Below are positions 50,967-61,086 of a stretch of DNA of 64,000 nt, in pieces. Origin of the DNA: Eubacteriales bacterium. GTDB lineage: Bacteria; Bacillota; Clostridia; Oscillospirales; CAG-272. Location of the stretch: contig JAZTXP010000069.1 in assembly GCA_045636465.1 (NCBI GenBank), forward strand, positions 1,112-65,111. Direction: 5' to 3'. Both the position numbers and the translations under genes were made by a program. The notes under the pieces are model-generated. The model had not been told where the DNA came from, made no database searches, and saw only the letters and a list, made by a program, of their open reading frames with translations. Positions within the stretch are counted from its first letter, which is position 1. Each line of letters begins with the position of its first letter.

Positions 50967-51099
50967 GTACTTTTTAAAAATAATTTCAACTTTTTTCTAC
51001 ATTTTGCATTTTTATAATATTTCTCGCTAGCGTATTGATTTTTACACATAAAAATGGTACAATAATCTTGATTATTGCATAAAATAGGAGAAAAGGACT

Positions 51100-51642
51100 A
51101 TGAAACTGATTATTGCCTCCGATATTCACGGAGATATTGATTGCACTAATGCTCTTTTAAGTGTATTTGAAAAGGAAAAGGCTGATAAGCTGGTGCTTTT
51201 AGGCGACGTTCTTTATCACGGCCCAAGAAATGATCTTCCCGCAGGATATAATCCTAAACAGGTTATCTCGGCGCTGAATGAGATAAGTGACAAGATCATT
51301 TGCGTTCGTGGAAATTGCGATGCAGAGGTTGATCAAATGGTGTTAAGCTTCCCTATTATGGACGACTTCAGATATATTGAAGCTGACGGATTAAGAATAT
51401 TCGCAACTCACGGACATCACTACAATCAGGATACTCCACCCCGACTGTCTTCGGGCGAAATATTGCTTCACGGTCATACCCATATTCCGAAGTGCGAGCG
51501 CTTTGGTGATAACTACTGTATGAATCCCGGCTCAATATCAATTCCAAAGGGCGGATATAGGCCCTCGTATATGGTATATGAGGACAGAAGATTTACTATC
51601 AAGGATTTTGATGGCGGTATTATTTTCAGTATAACATTGTAA
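51100..51642 (+). CDS. YfcE/MJ0936-family metallophosphoesterase
   Basis: IASDIHG, LGDVLYHGPRN, GNCD, and HGHTH motifs. Confidence 0.88.
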   Translation: MKLIIASDIHGDIDCTNALLSVFEKEKADKLVLLGDVLYHGPRNDLPAGYNPKQVISALNEISDKIICVRGNCDAEVDQMVLSFPIMDDFRYIEADGLRIFATHGHHYNQDTPPRLSSGEILLHGHTHIPKCERFGDNYCMNPGSISIPKGGYRPSYMVYEDRRFTIKDFDGGIIFSITL

Positions 51643-51744
51643 GCAAGGTATTTTAAGGCTTGGTTATTTATCTAGAAATAAAACGGTAATATTAACTTCA
51701 AAAGCCTATAGGATGTGCAAGCAAAAAATTTATATGGAGAATTT

Positions 51745-52575
51745 ATGGAAGGCTACGCATACTATAATGGAAGGATCGGAAGATGCGGGGATATAAGCAT
51801 CCCCTTAAGTGATAGGCTTATCTATTTTGGAGACGGCGTTTATGATGTTATGATCGGTCACTCCGAAAAGCTCTTTTTGGCTGACGAACATATAGATAGA
51901 CTCTTTTCAGGTATCAGAGCACTGAATATATACTTTTCAATGAGTAAAGAAGATATTCTTGAGGTGATTTACCGGCTCATAAAATTATCGGGATATAAAG
52001 GCTATATTGTATATATCTCTGTAAGCCGTGATGCCGATGAAAGAAAGCATTCATATATAGATTGCTATTCTGCAAATCTTTTAGTTACCGTAAAGGAATT
52101 TTCTCTTCTCCACAACAATGCCCTGAAGCTGATAACGGCACCCGATAATAGGTATGGCTATTGTAATATAAAAACCGTTAACCTTCTACCCTCGGTTATG
52201 GCGGCCACCCGAGCCGAAGCCTTGGGATGCGACGAGGCTATATTTGTAAAAAACGGAATAGTTACCGAATGCGCCCACTCAAATATTTTCATAATCAAGG
52301 ATGAAAAGCTGATAACACATCCCGAATCTTGTGATATACTTTCAGGAATAATCAGAAAATTCATAATTAAAAACGCGGCAGTTTTGGGCGTTCCAACTGT
52401 TATGAGAGGCTTTACAGTAGATGAGCTTCTTAATGCCGACGAGGTGATCGTTACCAGCACTACCAAGCTTGCAAAAAGAGCCGAATCGGTTGATGGCATT
52501 AGGGTTGGCGGAAAAAGCAAGGATATTACTAATGCCCTGATGGACACCCTGTTTAACGCATATCAGAATATATAA
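51745..52575 (+). CDS. Class IV (D-amino-acid / branched-chain) aminotransferase family protein
   Basis: Fold-type IV layout with ...FGDGVYDVM..., ...IKTVNLLPSVMA... and ...EC.HSNIFIIKD.... The start is set at ATG 51745. Confidence 0.75.
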   Translation: MEGYAYYNGRIGRCGDISIPLSDRLIYFGDGVYDVMIGHSEKLFLADEHIDRLFSGIRALNIYFSMSKEDILEVIYRLIKLSGYKGYIVYISVSRDADERKHSYIDCYSANLLVTVKEFSLLHNNALKLITAPDNRYGYCNIKTVNLLPSVMAATRAEALGCDEAIFVKNGIVTECAHSNIFIIKDEKLITHPESCDILSGIIRKFIIKNAAVLGVPTVMRGFTVDELLNADEVIVTSTTKLAKRAESVDGIRVGGKSKDITNALMDTLFNAYQNI

Positions 52576-52864
52576 AATCGCCTTGGCGATCCCTTGTGGA
52601 AGTATTCTCTTCTTCGGGATATCGCCGAGGTCTTTTTTTGCGAGTTACTCCCCGTAAAAACAGTATTGCAGCCGGATTATTGCTAATACTATATTTAAGC
52701 TTGTGTTTTTATCACGCGCATATTATAAATGCGGTATTTTTATTTTTTTAACATATATGTATTGATTTTTTTCAAAGCTTGTGGTATAATGATATTTGGT
52801 GTAATTTGTTTTAAAAAATTATGCTATATAACTTACACATACTGAACTATTTGGAGATATTAAT

Positions 52865-54283
52865 ATGCGTAAAACAAAAATTATTTGTACTATCGGTCCC
52901 GCTTCCGATAACGAGAAAATTCTCCGCGCAATGTGCAAAAGCGGTATGAATGTGGCGAGACTCAACTTCTCTCACGGAACTCACGAGGGGCACGGCGCTA
53001 CTATCGCGAAGATCAAGTCCGTTCGTGAAAGTCTTGGACTCCCCATCGCTATTATGCTTGACACAAAGGGGCCTGAGTACCGTATCAAGACCTTTGAGAA
53101 CGGAAAGATCACCTTAGCTGACGGTGATAAATTCACCTTTACCACCGAGGATCGCATTGGAAATCAGGAAATCGTAAGCGTTAACTATGAAAGACTGACA
53201 GATGACCTTAACGTTGGCGACGTTATTATGGTTAATAACGGACTTGTAAAGTTCAGCGTTGACGAGATCGTTGGCAGCAACGTTAACTGTACCGTACTTG
53301 CAGGAGGCGTTATTTCCGACAGAAAGAGCATGAACTTCCCAAATAAGGTTCTTAAGAAGGCATATCTTTCCGAGCAGGACAAGGCCGATCTTTTATTTGG
53401 AATTGAAAATGACGTTGACTTCGTAGCAGCATCTTTCGTTTCCTCTAAAAAGGATGCTCTCGATCTTCGTAACTTCCTTGATAATAACGGCGGTAAGGAT
53501 ATCAATATTATTGCAAAAATTGAAAACAGAGCCGGCGTAGATAATATCGAGGAAATCTGCGAGGTTGCAGACGGCGTTATGGTTGCAAGAGGAGACCTTG
53601 GTGTTGAAATTCCTTTCGTTGAGGTTCCCACCATACAGAAGCATCTTATTTCTAAGTGCCGACTTCTCGGCAAGCGAGTAATTACCGCAACTGAAATGCT
53701 GGAGTCTATGATTCACAATGCCCGTCCTACCAGAGCCGAAATCTCTGACGTAGCGAACGCAGTTTATGACGGATGCTCTGCTATAATGCTTTCCGGAGAG
53801 ACCGCTGCAGGAAAATATCCTGTAGAGGCGGTAAAAAACATGGCAGAAATTGCTGAGTTCACAGAAAACAACATTAATTACATTCGTAGATTTGCTACTA
53901 CAGAGTATAAGATTAAAAACAACCTCGATGCCATTTCCCACTCTGTTTGCTCTATGGCTATCGATGTGAATGCAAAATGTATCGTAGTAAATTCTATTTC
54001 GGGCATGACTGCTCGAATGGTAAGCCGCTTTAGAGCACCTGTTGATATTATAGGTACCACTACCAACGAAAAGGCATGGCGACAGCTCAATCTTAGCTGG
54101 GGTGTAACACCTGTTCTTAGCGAAGAATTCAATTCCCTTGATATAGTATTTTATCAGGGCGTTAATATCGCGAAGAAAACTCTTTCCCTTAAAAAAGGCG
54201 ATAACGTTGTATTGACCGGCGGTCAGATAGGTGGTAAGCCAGGCAACACTAACGTTATTAAAGTTGAAACAATACAAAGATAA
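52865..54283 (+). CDS. pyk: Pyruvate kinase
   Basis: MRKTKIICTIGPAS, MNVARLNFSHG and MVARGDLGVEIP motifs, 472 aa. Confidence 0.96.
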   Translation: MRKTKIICTIGPASDNEKILRAMCKSGMNVARLNFSHGTHEGHGATIAKIKSVRESLGLPIAIMLDTKGPEYRIKTFENGKITLADGDKFTFTTEDRIGNQEIVSVNYERLTDDLNVGDVIMVNNGLVKFSVDEIVGSNVNCTVLAGGVISDRKSMNFPNKVLKKAYLSEQDKADLLFGIENDVDFVAASFVSSKKDALDLRNFLDNNGGKDINIIAKIENRAGVDNIEEICEVADGVMVARGDLGVEIPFVEVPTIQKHLISKCRLLGKRVITATEMLESMIHNARPTRAEISDVANAVYDGCSAIMLSGETAAGKYPVEAVKNMAEIAEFTENNINYIRRFATTEYKIKNNLDAISHSVCSMAIDVNAKCIVVNSISGMTARMVSRFRAPVDIIGTTTNEKAWRQLNLSWGVTPVLSEEFNSLDIVFYQGVNIAKKTLSLKKGDNVVLTGGQIGGKPGNTNVIKVETIQR

Positions 54284-54306
54284 AAATAAAAAAAGGAGAT
54301 ATACAA

Positions 54307-55545
54307 ATGAATTTTATTGAAACCTTCCAAGACCTGTTCAGTGGCGTTACGTCCTGGTTTGGTCCCGGTAACTGGAAAATGATCATAATGTGGATAGTAG
54401 GTGCCACACTGATCTATTTAGCAATCAAAAAAGAGATGGAGCCTACCCTTCTCTTACCCATGGGCTTTGGCGCGATTCTTATGAATTTCCCCGGAGTCGT
54501 TACATATCACTACCACTGCGCTAATTGTCTCAGCGAATTAACAACCATCAATATCGGAGAGATATTATCCGCTTGCTGCGAAAATCCCGATATAATTCTT
54601 AATAAAGAATTTGCGGGCATCGCAGAGCCTCTTCACACATTATATGAAGCAGGCATCGCAAGCGAGCTCTTCCCTCTTATCCTCTTCATCGGTATCGGCG
54701 CGATGATCGACTTTGGTCCTCTTCTTAACAATCCGAAGCTTATGATCTTCGGCGCTGCAGCACAGTTCGGTATTTTCTTCACACTTTGTATGGCCTCCAT
54801 CTTCTTCCCCGAGATCAAGGATGCAGCGTCCATTTCTATCATTGGCGCGGCAGACGGTCCTACATCCATTGTTGTTGCAAACAAGCTTGGTTCTCAGTAC
54901 GTAGGCGCGATCACAGTTGCGGCTTATTCTTATATGGCTCTTGTTCCCATTATTCAGCCTCCTTTCATCAAGCTCCTTACGACTAAGGAAGAAAGAAAGA
55001 TCAGAATGGCCTATAAGGCAAACAGTGTTTCCAAGACCACTAAGATCCTCTTCCCCATTATCATTACAGTTGTTGCTTGTATCTTCGTTCCCGGAGCGGG
55101 TTCTCTTATCGGCTTCCTTATGTTCGGTAACCTTATCAGAGAATGTGGTGTTCTTGATTCCCTTTCCGATACAGCGCAGAAGGTTCTTGCAAACCTTATC
55201 ACAATCTTCCTCGGTATCACAGTTGCATTCAATATGACTGCTGAACAGTTCCTCAATCCTCAGACACTTATCATCATGGTACTTGGTCTTGTGGCCTTTG
55301 TGGTTGATACAATGGGCGGAGTTCTCTTCGGCAAGCTCTACAACCTCGTTGCGAAGGAAAAAATCAATCCTATGATCGGCGCGGCAGGTATTTCTGCATT
55401 CCCCATGTCCGGCCGTATCGTACATAAGATCGCTCAGGAAGAGGATCCTCAAAACTTCCTCCTTATGCAGTCTATCGGTGTTAACGTTTCCGGTCAGATC
55501 GCATCTGTAATCGCAGGATCTATCGTCCTTTCATTCTTCTTATAA
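54307..55545 (+). CDS. Sodium ion-translocating decarboxylase beta subunit (OadB/GcdB/MmdB family)
   Basis: IKKEMEPTLLLPMGFGAIL, IIGAADGPTSI, AAYSYMALVPIIQPP and GNLIRECGV are colinear with OadB. Confidence 0.9.
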   Translation: MNFIETFQDLFSGVTSWFGPGNWKMIIMWIVGATLIYLAIKKEMEPTLLLPMGFGAILMNFPGVVTYHYHCANCLSELTTINIGEILSACCENPDIILNKEFAGIAEPLHTLYEAGIASELFPLILFIGIGAMIDFGPLLNNPKLMIFGAAAQFGIFFTLCMASIFFPEIKDAASISIIGAADGPTSIVVANKLGSQYVGAITVAAYSYMALVPIIQPPFIKLLTTKEERKIRMAYKANSVSKTTKILFPIIITVVACIFVPGAGSLIGFLMFGNLIRECGVLDSLSDTAQKVLANLITIFLGITVAFNMTAEQFLNPQTLIIMVLGLVAFVVDTMGGVLFGKLYNLVAKEKINPMIGAAGISAFPMSGRIVHKIAQEEDPQNFLLMQSIGVNVSGQIASVIAGSIVLSFFL

Positions 55546-55563
55546 TTGTAAAGGAGTACAAAA

Positions 55564-55710
55564 ATGACAGATTTAATTTTTGAACCGCTTAGATTTTTTG
55601 AAAACCTTAAGTATATGGGCGTTGGTATGATCGGAGTATTTCTTATCATCGGCGTTATCATCGGCGCTACATACGCGATAAACTACTTCTGCAACAAAGT
55701 TAGTAAATAA
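55564..55710 (+). CDS. Unannotated 48-aa single-TM protein, OadG-like (decarboxylase gamma/small subunit) candidate
   Basis: ATG 55564 lies 18 nt after the oadB stop. The product is MTDLIFEPLRFFENLKYMGVGMIGVFLIIGVIIGATYAINYFCNKVSK. It is below the ORF-track length cutoff and is followed by a terminator. Confidence 0.55.
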   Translation: MTDLIFEPLRFFENLKYMGVGMIGVFLIIGVIIGATYAINYFCNKVSK

Positions 55711-55716
55711 TGCTAA

Positions 55717-55749
55717 AGGGGCTGCTCTTTTGAGCAGCCCTGATTTTTA
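55717..55749. terminator. Hairpin terminator shared by the oadB operon and the convergent esterase gene
   Basis: GGGCTGCTC ... GAGCAGCCC followed by TGATTTTT. Confidence 0.7.
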
Positions 55750-56670
55750 TGTGTTAAATTTGTTTTTGATATATTCAACTCTTTCGGTAATTGCCGCTTT
55801 CGTGGTAGGAGCGCTTCTTACAGAATCAAATGCGTGCATCGTTCCGTTTGTATGATAGAAGTGAACTTTCGCGCCGTCTGCCTCGAGTTTTCTGCCGTAT
55901 TCTAAACCTTCGTCACGCAGACAATCAAACTCAGCCGTTTCCATATATGCATCGGGAAGGCCTGAAAGGGAGTCTGCCTCTATGGGAGAGGCATATTCAA
56001 TACGGTCGTGATCTACATTGCCAAGATATGCCTTCCACATTCCCACCGACAGCTTACCGTTCCACATTGGAGTGTCTACGAATTTTTTCATAGACTCGGT
56101 GATCATTCTTCTGTCGGTCACGGGATATATCATCATTTGGAAAATCGGAGCGGGGACTTCTCTATCCCTCGCCATAAGAGCTACTGCGGCAGTCAGGTTA
56201 CCGCCGGCACTGTCACCCGCAATAGCGATTCTTGCTTTATTAATATGCAATTTATCGGCATTCTCCATAGTCCATAAATAGGCTGTGTAGCAATCTTCTG
56301 CGGGAATTGGGAACTGATATTTTGGAGAAAGCCTATAATCTACAAATACTATCTTGCAATTAACTCGCAAGGCATATTCCTTGCATAAGGTGTAATGATT
56401 TTTTGCAGCACCGTAAACAAATCCGCCGCCGTGAAAATATACGATACAAGGAAGGTTGCCGTCTGCATTTTTGGGAGACATAATATAAAGCTTGATATTG
56501 CCGTTTTCATAAGAGGCAATCTCTTCGGTATATACATCAAGCTCCTTATCATGGAATATGCTTCTTGGCGGTCTTAATAAAGAGCCGAAGAATCCTGCGA
56601 TCCTTGGATGTACCACAGGAGCAGAAAAATAGTAAAGAGGAAAAAATTCCTTGTTTATAGCATATTTCAT
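55747..56670 (-). CDS. Alpha/beta hydrolase, hormone-sensitive-lipase-like esterase
   Basis: HGGGF oxyanion motif (VYFHGGGFVYG) and nucleophile elbow GDSAGGN. Confidence 0.88.
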   Translation of the reverse strand: MKYAINKEFFPLYYFSAPVVHPRIAGFFGSLLRPPRSIFHDKELDVYTEEIASYENGNIKLYIMSPKNADGNLPCIVYFHGGGFVYGAAKNHYTLCKEYALRVNCKIVFVDYRLSPKYQFPIPAEDCYTAYLWTMENADKLHINKARIAIAGDSAGGNLTAAVALMARDREVPAPIFQMMIYPVTDRRMITESMKKFVDTPMWNGKLSVGMWKAYLGNVDHDRIEYASPIEADSLSGLPDAYMETAEFDCLRDEGLEYGRKLEADGAKVHFYHTNGTMHAFDSVRSAPTTKAAITERVEYIKNKFNT

Positions 56671-56806
56671 AGCAAAACCTCGTTTTTATTTTAATTATAC
56701 CACAGAGTTTTTTTCAAATCAACACATTTTTTTACAAAAAACTATATATTTTTCCTTAAATATATGATAGAATATATATCGCAAGATAAATTAAATGGAG
56801 AATTTT

Positions 56807-57694
56807 ATGAATATTACATCCTGGCTTGAAGAAAATACAACATCACTAAAAGGCAAAACCGTTGCCATTACCGGAAGTACCGGAGGACTTGGCAAAGAGC
56901 TTTGCGGACATATAGCATCACTTGGTGCGAATTTAATTCTCATAGACAGAAGCAGAGATAAATCCGAGGATAATATGAAGGCAATTCGCGCTGAATTTCC
57001 CGGGATTACCGTATCCTGCGTAAGCGCAAACCTGGAGAGCATTGAATCGGTAAAGCGCGCAGTTGAAGGACTCAAAAAGCATCACATTGACCTCTTTATA
57101 CATAATGCGGGTGCATACAATATTCCACGACATAAATGCTCTACGGGGTATGACAACGTATTCCAGATAAACTTTGTATCGCCATATTATATGATCAAGG
57201 AACTAATGCCACAGATCAAGAAAAATAAGGGACGAGTTGTTGTGGTGGGCAGTTTAGCCCATAGCTTTTCCAGAGTGGATATCAATGATATTGATTTTTC
57301 CCGGGTAAACAACGATATGAAGGTTTACGGAAATGCTAAGAGATACCTTATGTTTGCTCTCCACGAATTATTTAAAGAGGAAAAAGGCATAAATCTGGCA
57401 GTCGCGCATCCCGGAATTACTCCCACTAACATAACCTCGGGCTATCCTAAAATCGTTTCTAAAATTATCAAATATCCAATGAAGCTGATATTCACAAGTC
57501 CTAAAAAGGCATCATTATCAATTCTTCGAGGAATATTTGATAAAACAGAGTATCATACCTGGATAGGTCCAAAAGCGTTCGGCATTTGGGGATTCCCTGC
57601 AAAAACCGAGCTTAAATCCTGCTCTATTGAGGAAAGCGAATACATATCTGACGTTGCGGAAAAGATTTATGAAAAGTGCAAATCAATGAGATAA
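56807..57694 (+). CDS. SDR-family oxidoreductase
   Basis: TGSTGGLGKE cofactor motif, NAG, and YGNAK (YxxxK). The start is ATG 56807 after GGAG. Confidence 0.85.
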   Translation: MNITSWLEENTTSLKGKTVAITGSTGGLGKELCGHIASLGANLILIDRSRDKSEDNMKAIRAEFPGITVSCVSANLESIESVKRAVEGLKKHHIDLFIHNAGAYNIPRHKCSTGYDNVFQINFVSPYYMIKELMPQIKKNKGRVVVVGSLAHSFSRVDINDIDFSRVNNDMKVYGNAKRYLMFALHELFKEEKGINLAVAHPGITPTNITSGYPKIVSKIIKYPMKLIFTSPKKASLSILRGIFDKTEYHTWIGPKAFGIWGFPAKTELKSCSIEESEYISDVAEKIYEKCKSMR

Positions 57695-57726
57695 AAATAC
57701 TGTTAAAAGCTTCATAAAGGGAAAAT

Positions 57727-57755
57727 TTGACAAAAAGATCCGGCTGTAGTATAAT
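57727..57755 (+). promoter_or_regulatory. Perfect-consensus sigma-A promoter at the left edge of the AT-rich island
   Basis: TTGACA, 17-nt spacer, TATAAT. Confidence 0.65.
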
Positions 57756-57790
57756 CAACACAGATAATTATTTATCCTAGGAGGTTAATT

Positions 57791-58663
57791 ATGAATAAAA
57801 GCATCAAAATTGCGTTATATTCCGTGCTAAGCCTGGCTTTAATTGCGTTTATTGCACTATGTGTTTTATTATCCTTAGGATATAGATTCTCTCCCGAGGC
57901 TGCGGTGCACGAAATCTATAGGGATAATACTCACATTCATACCGATGAATATGACTTTTATCTGAACGACGTGATGAATGATAATGGCAAGCCCGGTTAC
58001 TCTGACGGCCACATTGCGGTTAAAAGATATGGATTTCTGTATAAGCAAATTGAGGAGTTAAATGCCGACGGCAAGACTCATTCCCTTCTTGTTGACGGAG
58101 ATGGTGCAATTGCCAATATGTATTCCTACCAAGGCAAGGAGCAGACATATCATTTTATTCATTGGTGTGGCTACACGGTTGAAACTCCCGAGGAGGAAGA
58201 CGGATCAACTCACGTATACTTAAGATATTGGACAGATAAAATTATTCTCAACGGTCAAGAAAAAAATCTTTATCTTAATTGCTACTTTGTTACCGATGAG
58301 CCTATTGAAAGCTTAGTTGTTAATGATGTTCACGCGTATATTACACATGGATTTTCAATGGGCGATTATTGGAATGACGAGCAGGTAATGGTTGTCGATA
58401 ATGTGGACGATCTCAATGCCGAACAGTTAAAGTCTCATTACGATAACGGTGGCATTATTGTGGTTCGAAATATATCGCTTGCCGATGAGGTTCAGATAAT
58501 TATTAACGGTCGTGTAACTGCAAAAAGCAGCGAGGAAAATCTTGTTGCTGTATTTTGCAAGAGCAAGTCAGGTGCGCTATATGCAGGATTCGTTCAAGGC
58601 GGTAACTTTGCTTTAGAAAGCGAAATCGATGAAATGGTAGAGTTGGCAAAGGAAAAGCAATAA
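57791..58663 (+). CDS. Hypothetical membrane-anchored protein (290 aa)
   Basis: AGGAGG SD. N-terminal TM anchor (IALYSVLSLALIAFIALCVLL), and the remainder is soluble. No motif I recognise. Confidence 0.5.
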   Translation: MNKSIKIALYSVLSLALIAFIALCVLLSLGYRFSPEAAVHEIYRDNTHIHTDEYDFYLNDVMNDNGKPGYSDGHIAVKRYGFLYKQIEELNADGKTHSLLVDGDGAIANMYSYQGKEQTYHFIHWCGYTVETPEEEDGSTHVYLRYWTDKIILNGQEKNLYLNCYFVTDEPIESLVVNDVHAYITHGFSMGDYWNDEQVMVVDNVDDLNAEQLKSHYDNGGIIVVRNISLADEVQIIINGRVTAKSSEENLVAVFCKSKSGALYAGFVQGGNFALESEIDEMVELAKEKQ

Positions 58664-58785
58664 ATAATCTTATAATTATAATACAAAAACCCGGCAATAT
58701 TATTGTTTTGCGATACAATAGTAAAAATCGACTTATTTGATTTTGATAAATTGACAAACATACTTTTCGAATGGGGAGAAGCTTA

Positions 58786-59415
58786 ATGCATAAGGTATAT
58801 GAAAATGATGATTTGATGATGTACTTTAAGAAAAGATATTGCCATTGTTGTGGAAAAGAATTGCAGAAGAAAAGATATGAAAGGATAGTTCGAAAGGGCG
58901 ATCCCGACCATAAAGCTTATTGTTCTATAGGAACCGGCTATAAACCACACGACGATATATTAGTCATAGGCAAAGAGTATTACTGCCCTTCGTGTAATAA
59001 AACCTTTTCATGTGATGAACAAGGGAAAGTAATTGAAGCGCAAAAATATTATCAAAAGAAAATCGTAACGGATGAAGAAATTAGCAATACATATAAGAAT
59101 GAGTTGATGATTTCCGGACAAAACATTAAAAAGTTAAGTTGGTTTTTATTGATTCCCATTATAGGTCATTTTATATGTACGTATTACATTTTCAATGGAA
59201 AGTTAAGCACTAAAACAACAAAGGGGGATTTACACCAGCTTACGATATCAGCTTTACTAGTTTTTATCGGTGTTGCGTTAATAGCAAAAGTAGTCCTTTC
59301 GATTTTTAACGATATTGACTTTATCAATAATTATCAATCAATATTTATATTGATACCGTCGTTAGTATCGTTTAACATTCCTTTGTTCAGATATATTAAC
59401 AATAATTTTGCTTAA
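58786..59415 (+). CDS. Hypothetical zinc-ribbon membrane protein
   Basis: CHCC...(about 45 aa)...CPSC cysteine pairs at the N-terminus and three hydrophobic segments at the C-terminus. The start is ATG 58786 after GGGGAG. Confidence 0.5.
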   Translation: MHKVYENDDLMMYFKKRYCHCCGKELQKKRYERIVRKGDPDHKAYCSIGTGYKPHDDILVIGKEYYCPSCNKTFSCDEQGKVIEAQKYYQKKIVTDEEISNTYKNELMISGQNIKKLSWFLLIPIIGHFICTYYIFNGKLSTKTTKGDLHQLTISALLVFIGVALIAKVVLSIFNDIDFINNYQSIFILIPSLVSFNIPLFRYINNNFA

Positions 59416-59536
59416 TTCAAGTAAATCGTAATACACGAAAATATCTAATGTAAAAGAAAAAACGAACTTTGAAAAATCGGAGTTCGTTTTTTTCATTCGG
59501 CGTGAAGGAAGCGAGCATGCTTTAACATAGATATTC

Positions 59537-59583
59537 TTGACTTAAAAATATTTTTGTGCTATAATTTTAATAGGATATATCCT
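59537..59583 (+). promoter_or_regulatory. Consensus promoter followed by a perfect 12-bp palindrome (candidate operator)
   Basis: TTGACT (59537-59542), 17-nt spacer, TATAAT (59560-59565). AGGATATATCCT lies at 59572-59583, about at the predicted transcription start. Confidence 0.55.
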
Positions 59584-59664
59584 TTACTATTATCATAGAA
59601 ATATTCAGAGGTGCGTTATTGCTATCTATAATGCGAGTGGCTATACCAAGGCTGAATACTGTTT

Positions 59665-60093
59665 TTGGGGGTGTTTTATTTGAATGATGTGGCTCTCATA
59701 TTGTATATTACAGGATTAGTAGGTCCGTGGATAATGTGCTTATCAGATTTATTTGGCAATAATTTTGACGCACATTTTTCCGATGATACATTAAGAAAAT
59801 TGAGAGTTAAAGATGACTCTTTTTTGCGTAAAATTATACCTCTTAAAGAGGGTAAACTCTTTAATAAAAAAGGGGAACAATATGGATATAGATACTATTT
59901 ATATCCTAGAGTATTGGCGCTATTTATCCAAAGCATAATCGTTTTATTAGGATTGATAGCATTAGCTATACATTTTCTCTTGGTACCTTTTATATCTAAT
60001 TCAGCTTTTCTTATTATAGGACTAACATCCCTTGGTATATGGGCAATATATATATCAATAATAAACATAGCATCTCAAGGATTACACTTATAA
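59665..60093 (+). CDS. Hypothetical multi-pass membrane protein
   Basis: Only non-ATG starts are available (TTG 59665, GTG 59671, TTG 59680 after GGGGGTG). It has 3-4 hydrophobic segments. Confidence 0.4.
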   Translation: MGVFYLNDVALILYITGLVGPWIMCLSDLFGNNFDAHFSDDTLRKLRVKDDSFLRKIIPLKEGKLFNKKGEQYGYRYYLYPRVLALFIQSIIVLLGLIALAIHFLLVPFISNSAFLIIGLTSLGIWAIYISIINIASQGLHL

Positions 60094-60103
60094 AACCGTC
60101 TAT

Positions 60104-60625
60104 TTACACGACGTTGGTATCGAAGTCAACATCTTTAATTTGAATGTGCATCAAGCTACGCTGTCTTACACCGGTTGAAAACAAAAAATTCGTCATAACC
60201 CAACACTGGTATTCGGTAAAGGAGCATTTCTTAAGGTTAGGTTTCTCGAGAAGAAGTTTTAGTTCTGCCTCGCTATAAGTTTCAATTTGAGATTTATCTA
60301 CCTTAATGGCTTGCATTTTGAATCGAGGTATTAAGCCTTCGTTCATGAAGAAATGGAGTGTTGTTATAAGGTCACGGAGATAAGAGTTTATGCAGATGTC
60401 GTTATTCAATGTAGATTTTAGGTGTAGGACATAATCTTTGTAGGCATTTTCGGTTATATCTTCTATTGGCATTTTGGGATCGAAGTATTTATAGAACTGG
60501 GCGTAACTCTGTTTGTAGTGGTTGATAGTTCCCTGCCGGAGATTCCTCTGCCGGCAGCTCTCGAGGTACTTGTTGCAGCCTTCTTCAAAGGTTAAAGTTG
60601 TGCTTGTCATTTTCAGCTTTTTCAT
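60104..60625 (-). pseudogene. 3'-truncated tyrosine recombinase/integrase (N-terminal SAM-like domain plus the start of the catalytic domain only)
   Basis: MKKLKMTSTTLTFEEGCNKYLESCRQRNLRQGTINHYKQ... continues to ...NFLFSTGVRQRSL (first catalytic Arg) and stops about 20 codons later. The His-Arg-Tyr part of the catalytic domain is absent. Confidence 0.7.
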
Positions 60626-60966
60626 TGTAAAAATCCTTTCTGAATTTGTATTGAAATTTATATAAAAAACTAGACACATCACAGAGGATTTCTCCAAAAT
60701 GATGTGTCCAACTTTTTTATTATGTTTTTGTGCTTTAAGGATTTTTACAAGGGATGATTTGAAGATTTTGTTTTTAAACGAATCAAAGCAAATCTTAAAT
60801 TATCTAGTATAAATCAAAGCAGAAATGCAAATCACTTGCGGTTCAAATTGTTTTTTGAGTGTACAGATTTTGAGGGATAAGCGTCGTTCTTGCGACCGAA
60901 GCAATAGAAACCTATTGCGAGCTTGTCGAAAAACGGCGGTTAGCACCAAAATATGCCCGCAAAAAA

Positions 60967-61086
60967 TTATTTGGAAGCTTCTTCGATTGCTACTGCAACA
61001 GCAACAGTCATACCAACCATGGGGGTGTTACCTGCGCCGATGAGACCCATCATCTCTGTGCTGACAGCATTTTGAGTATTTTTGTC
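60967..61086 (-). other. Short open frame / probable gene remnant ending ...EMMGLIGAGNTPMVGMTVAVAVAIEEASK
   Basis: About 39 in-frame codons bounded by an upstream stop. It reads like a hydrophobic C-terminal tail of a larger protein. No SD is seen. Confidence 0.25.

Noticed and set aside
53393-55452. 294-aa and 270-aa minus-strand ORFs (53393-54277 and 54640-55452)
   Set aside because: They are antisense to pyk and oadB respectively. Their composition is Cys/Asn/Arg-rich and implausible, and the sense genes are certain.
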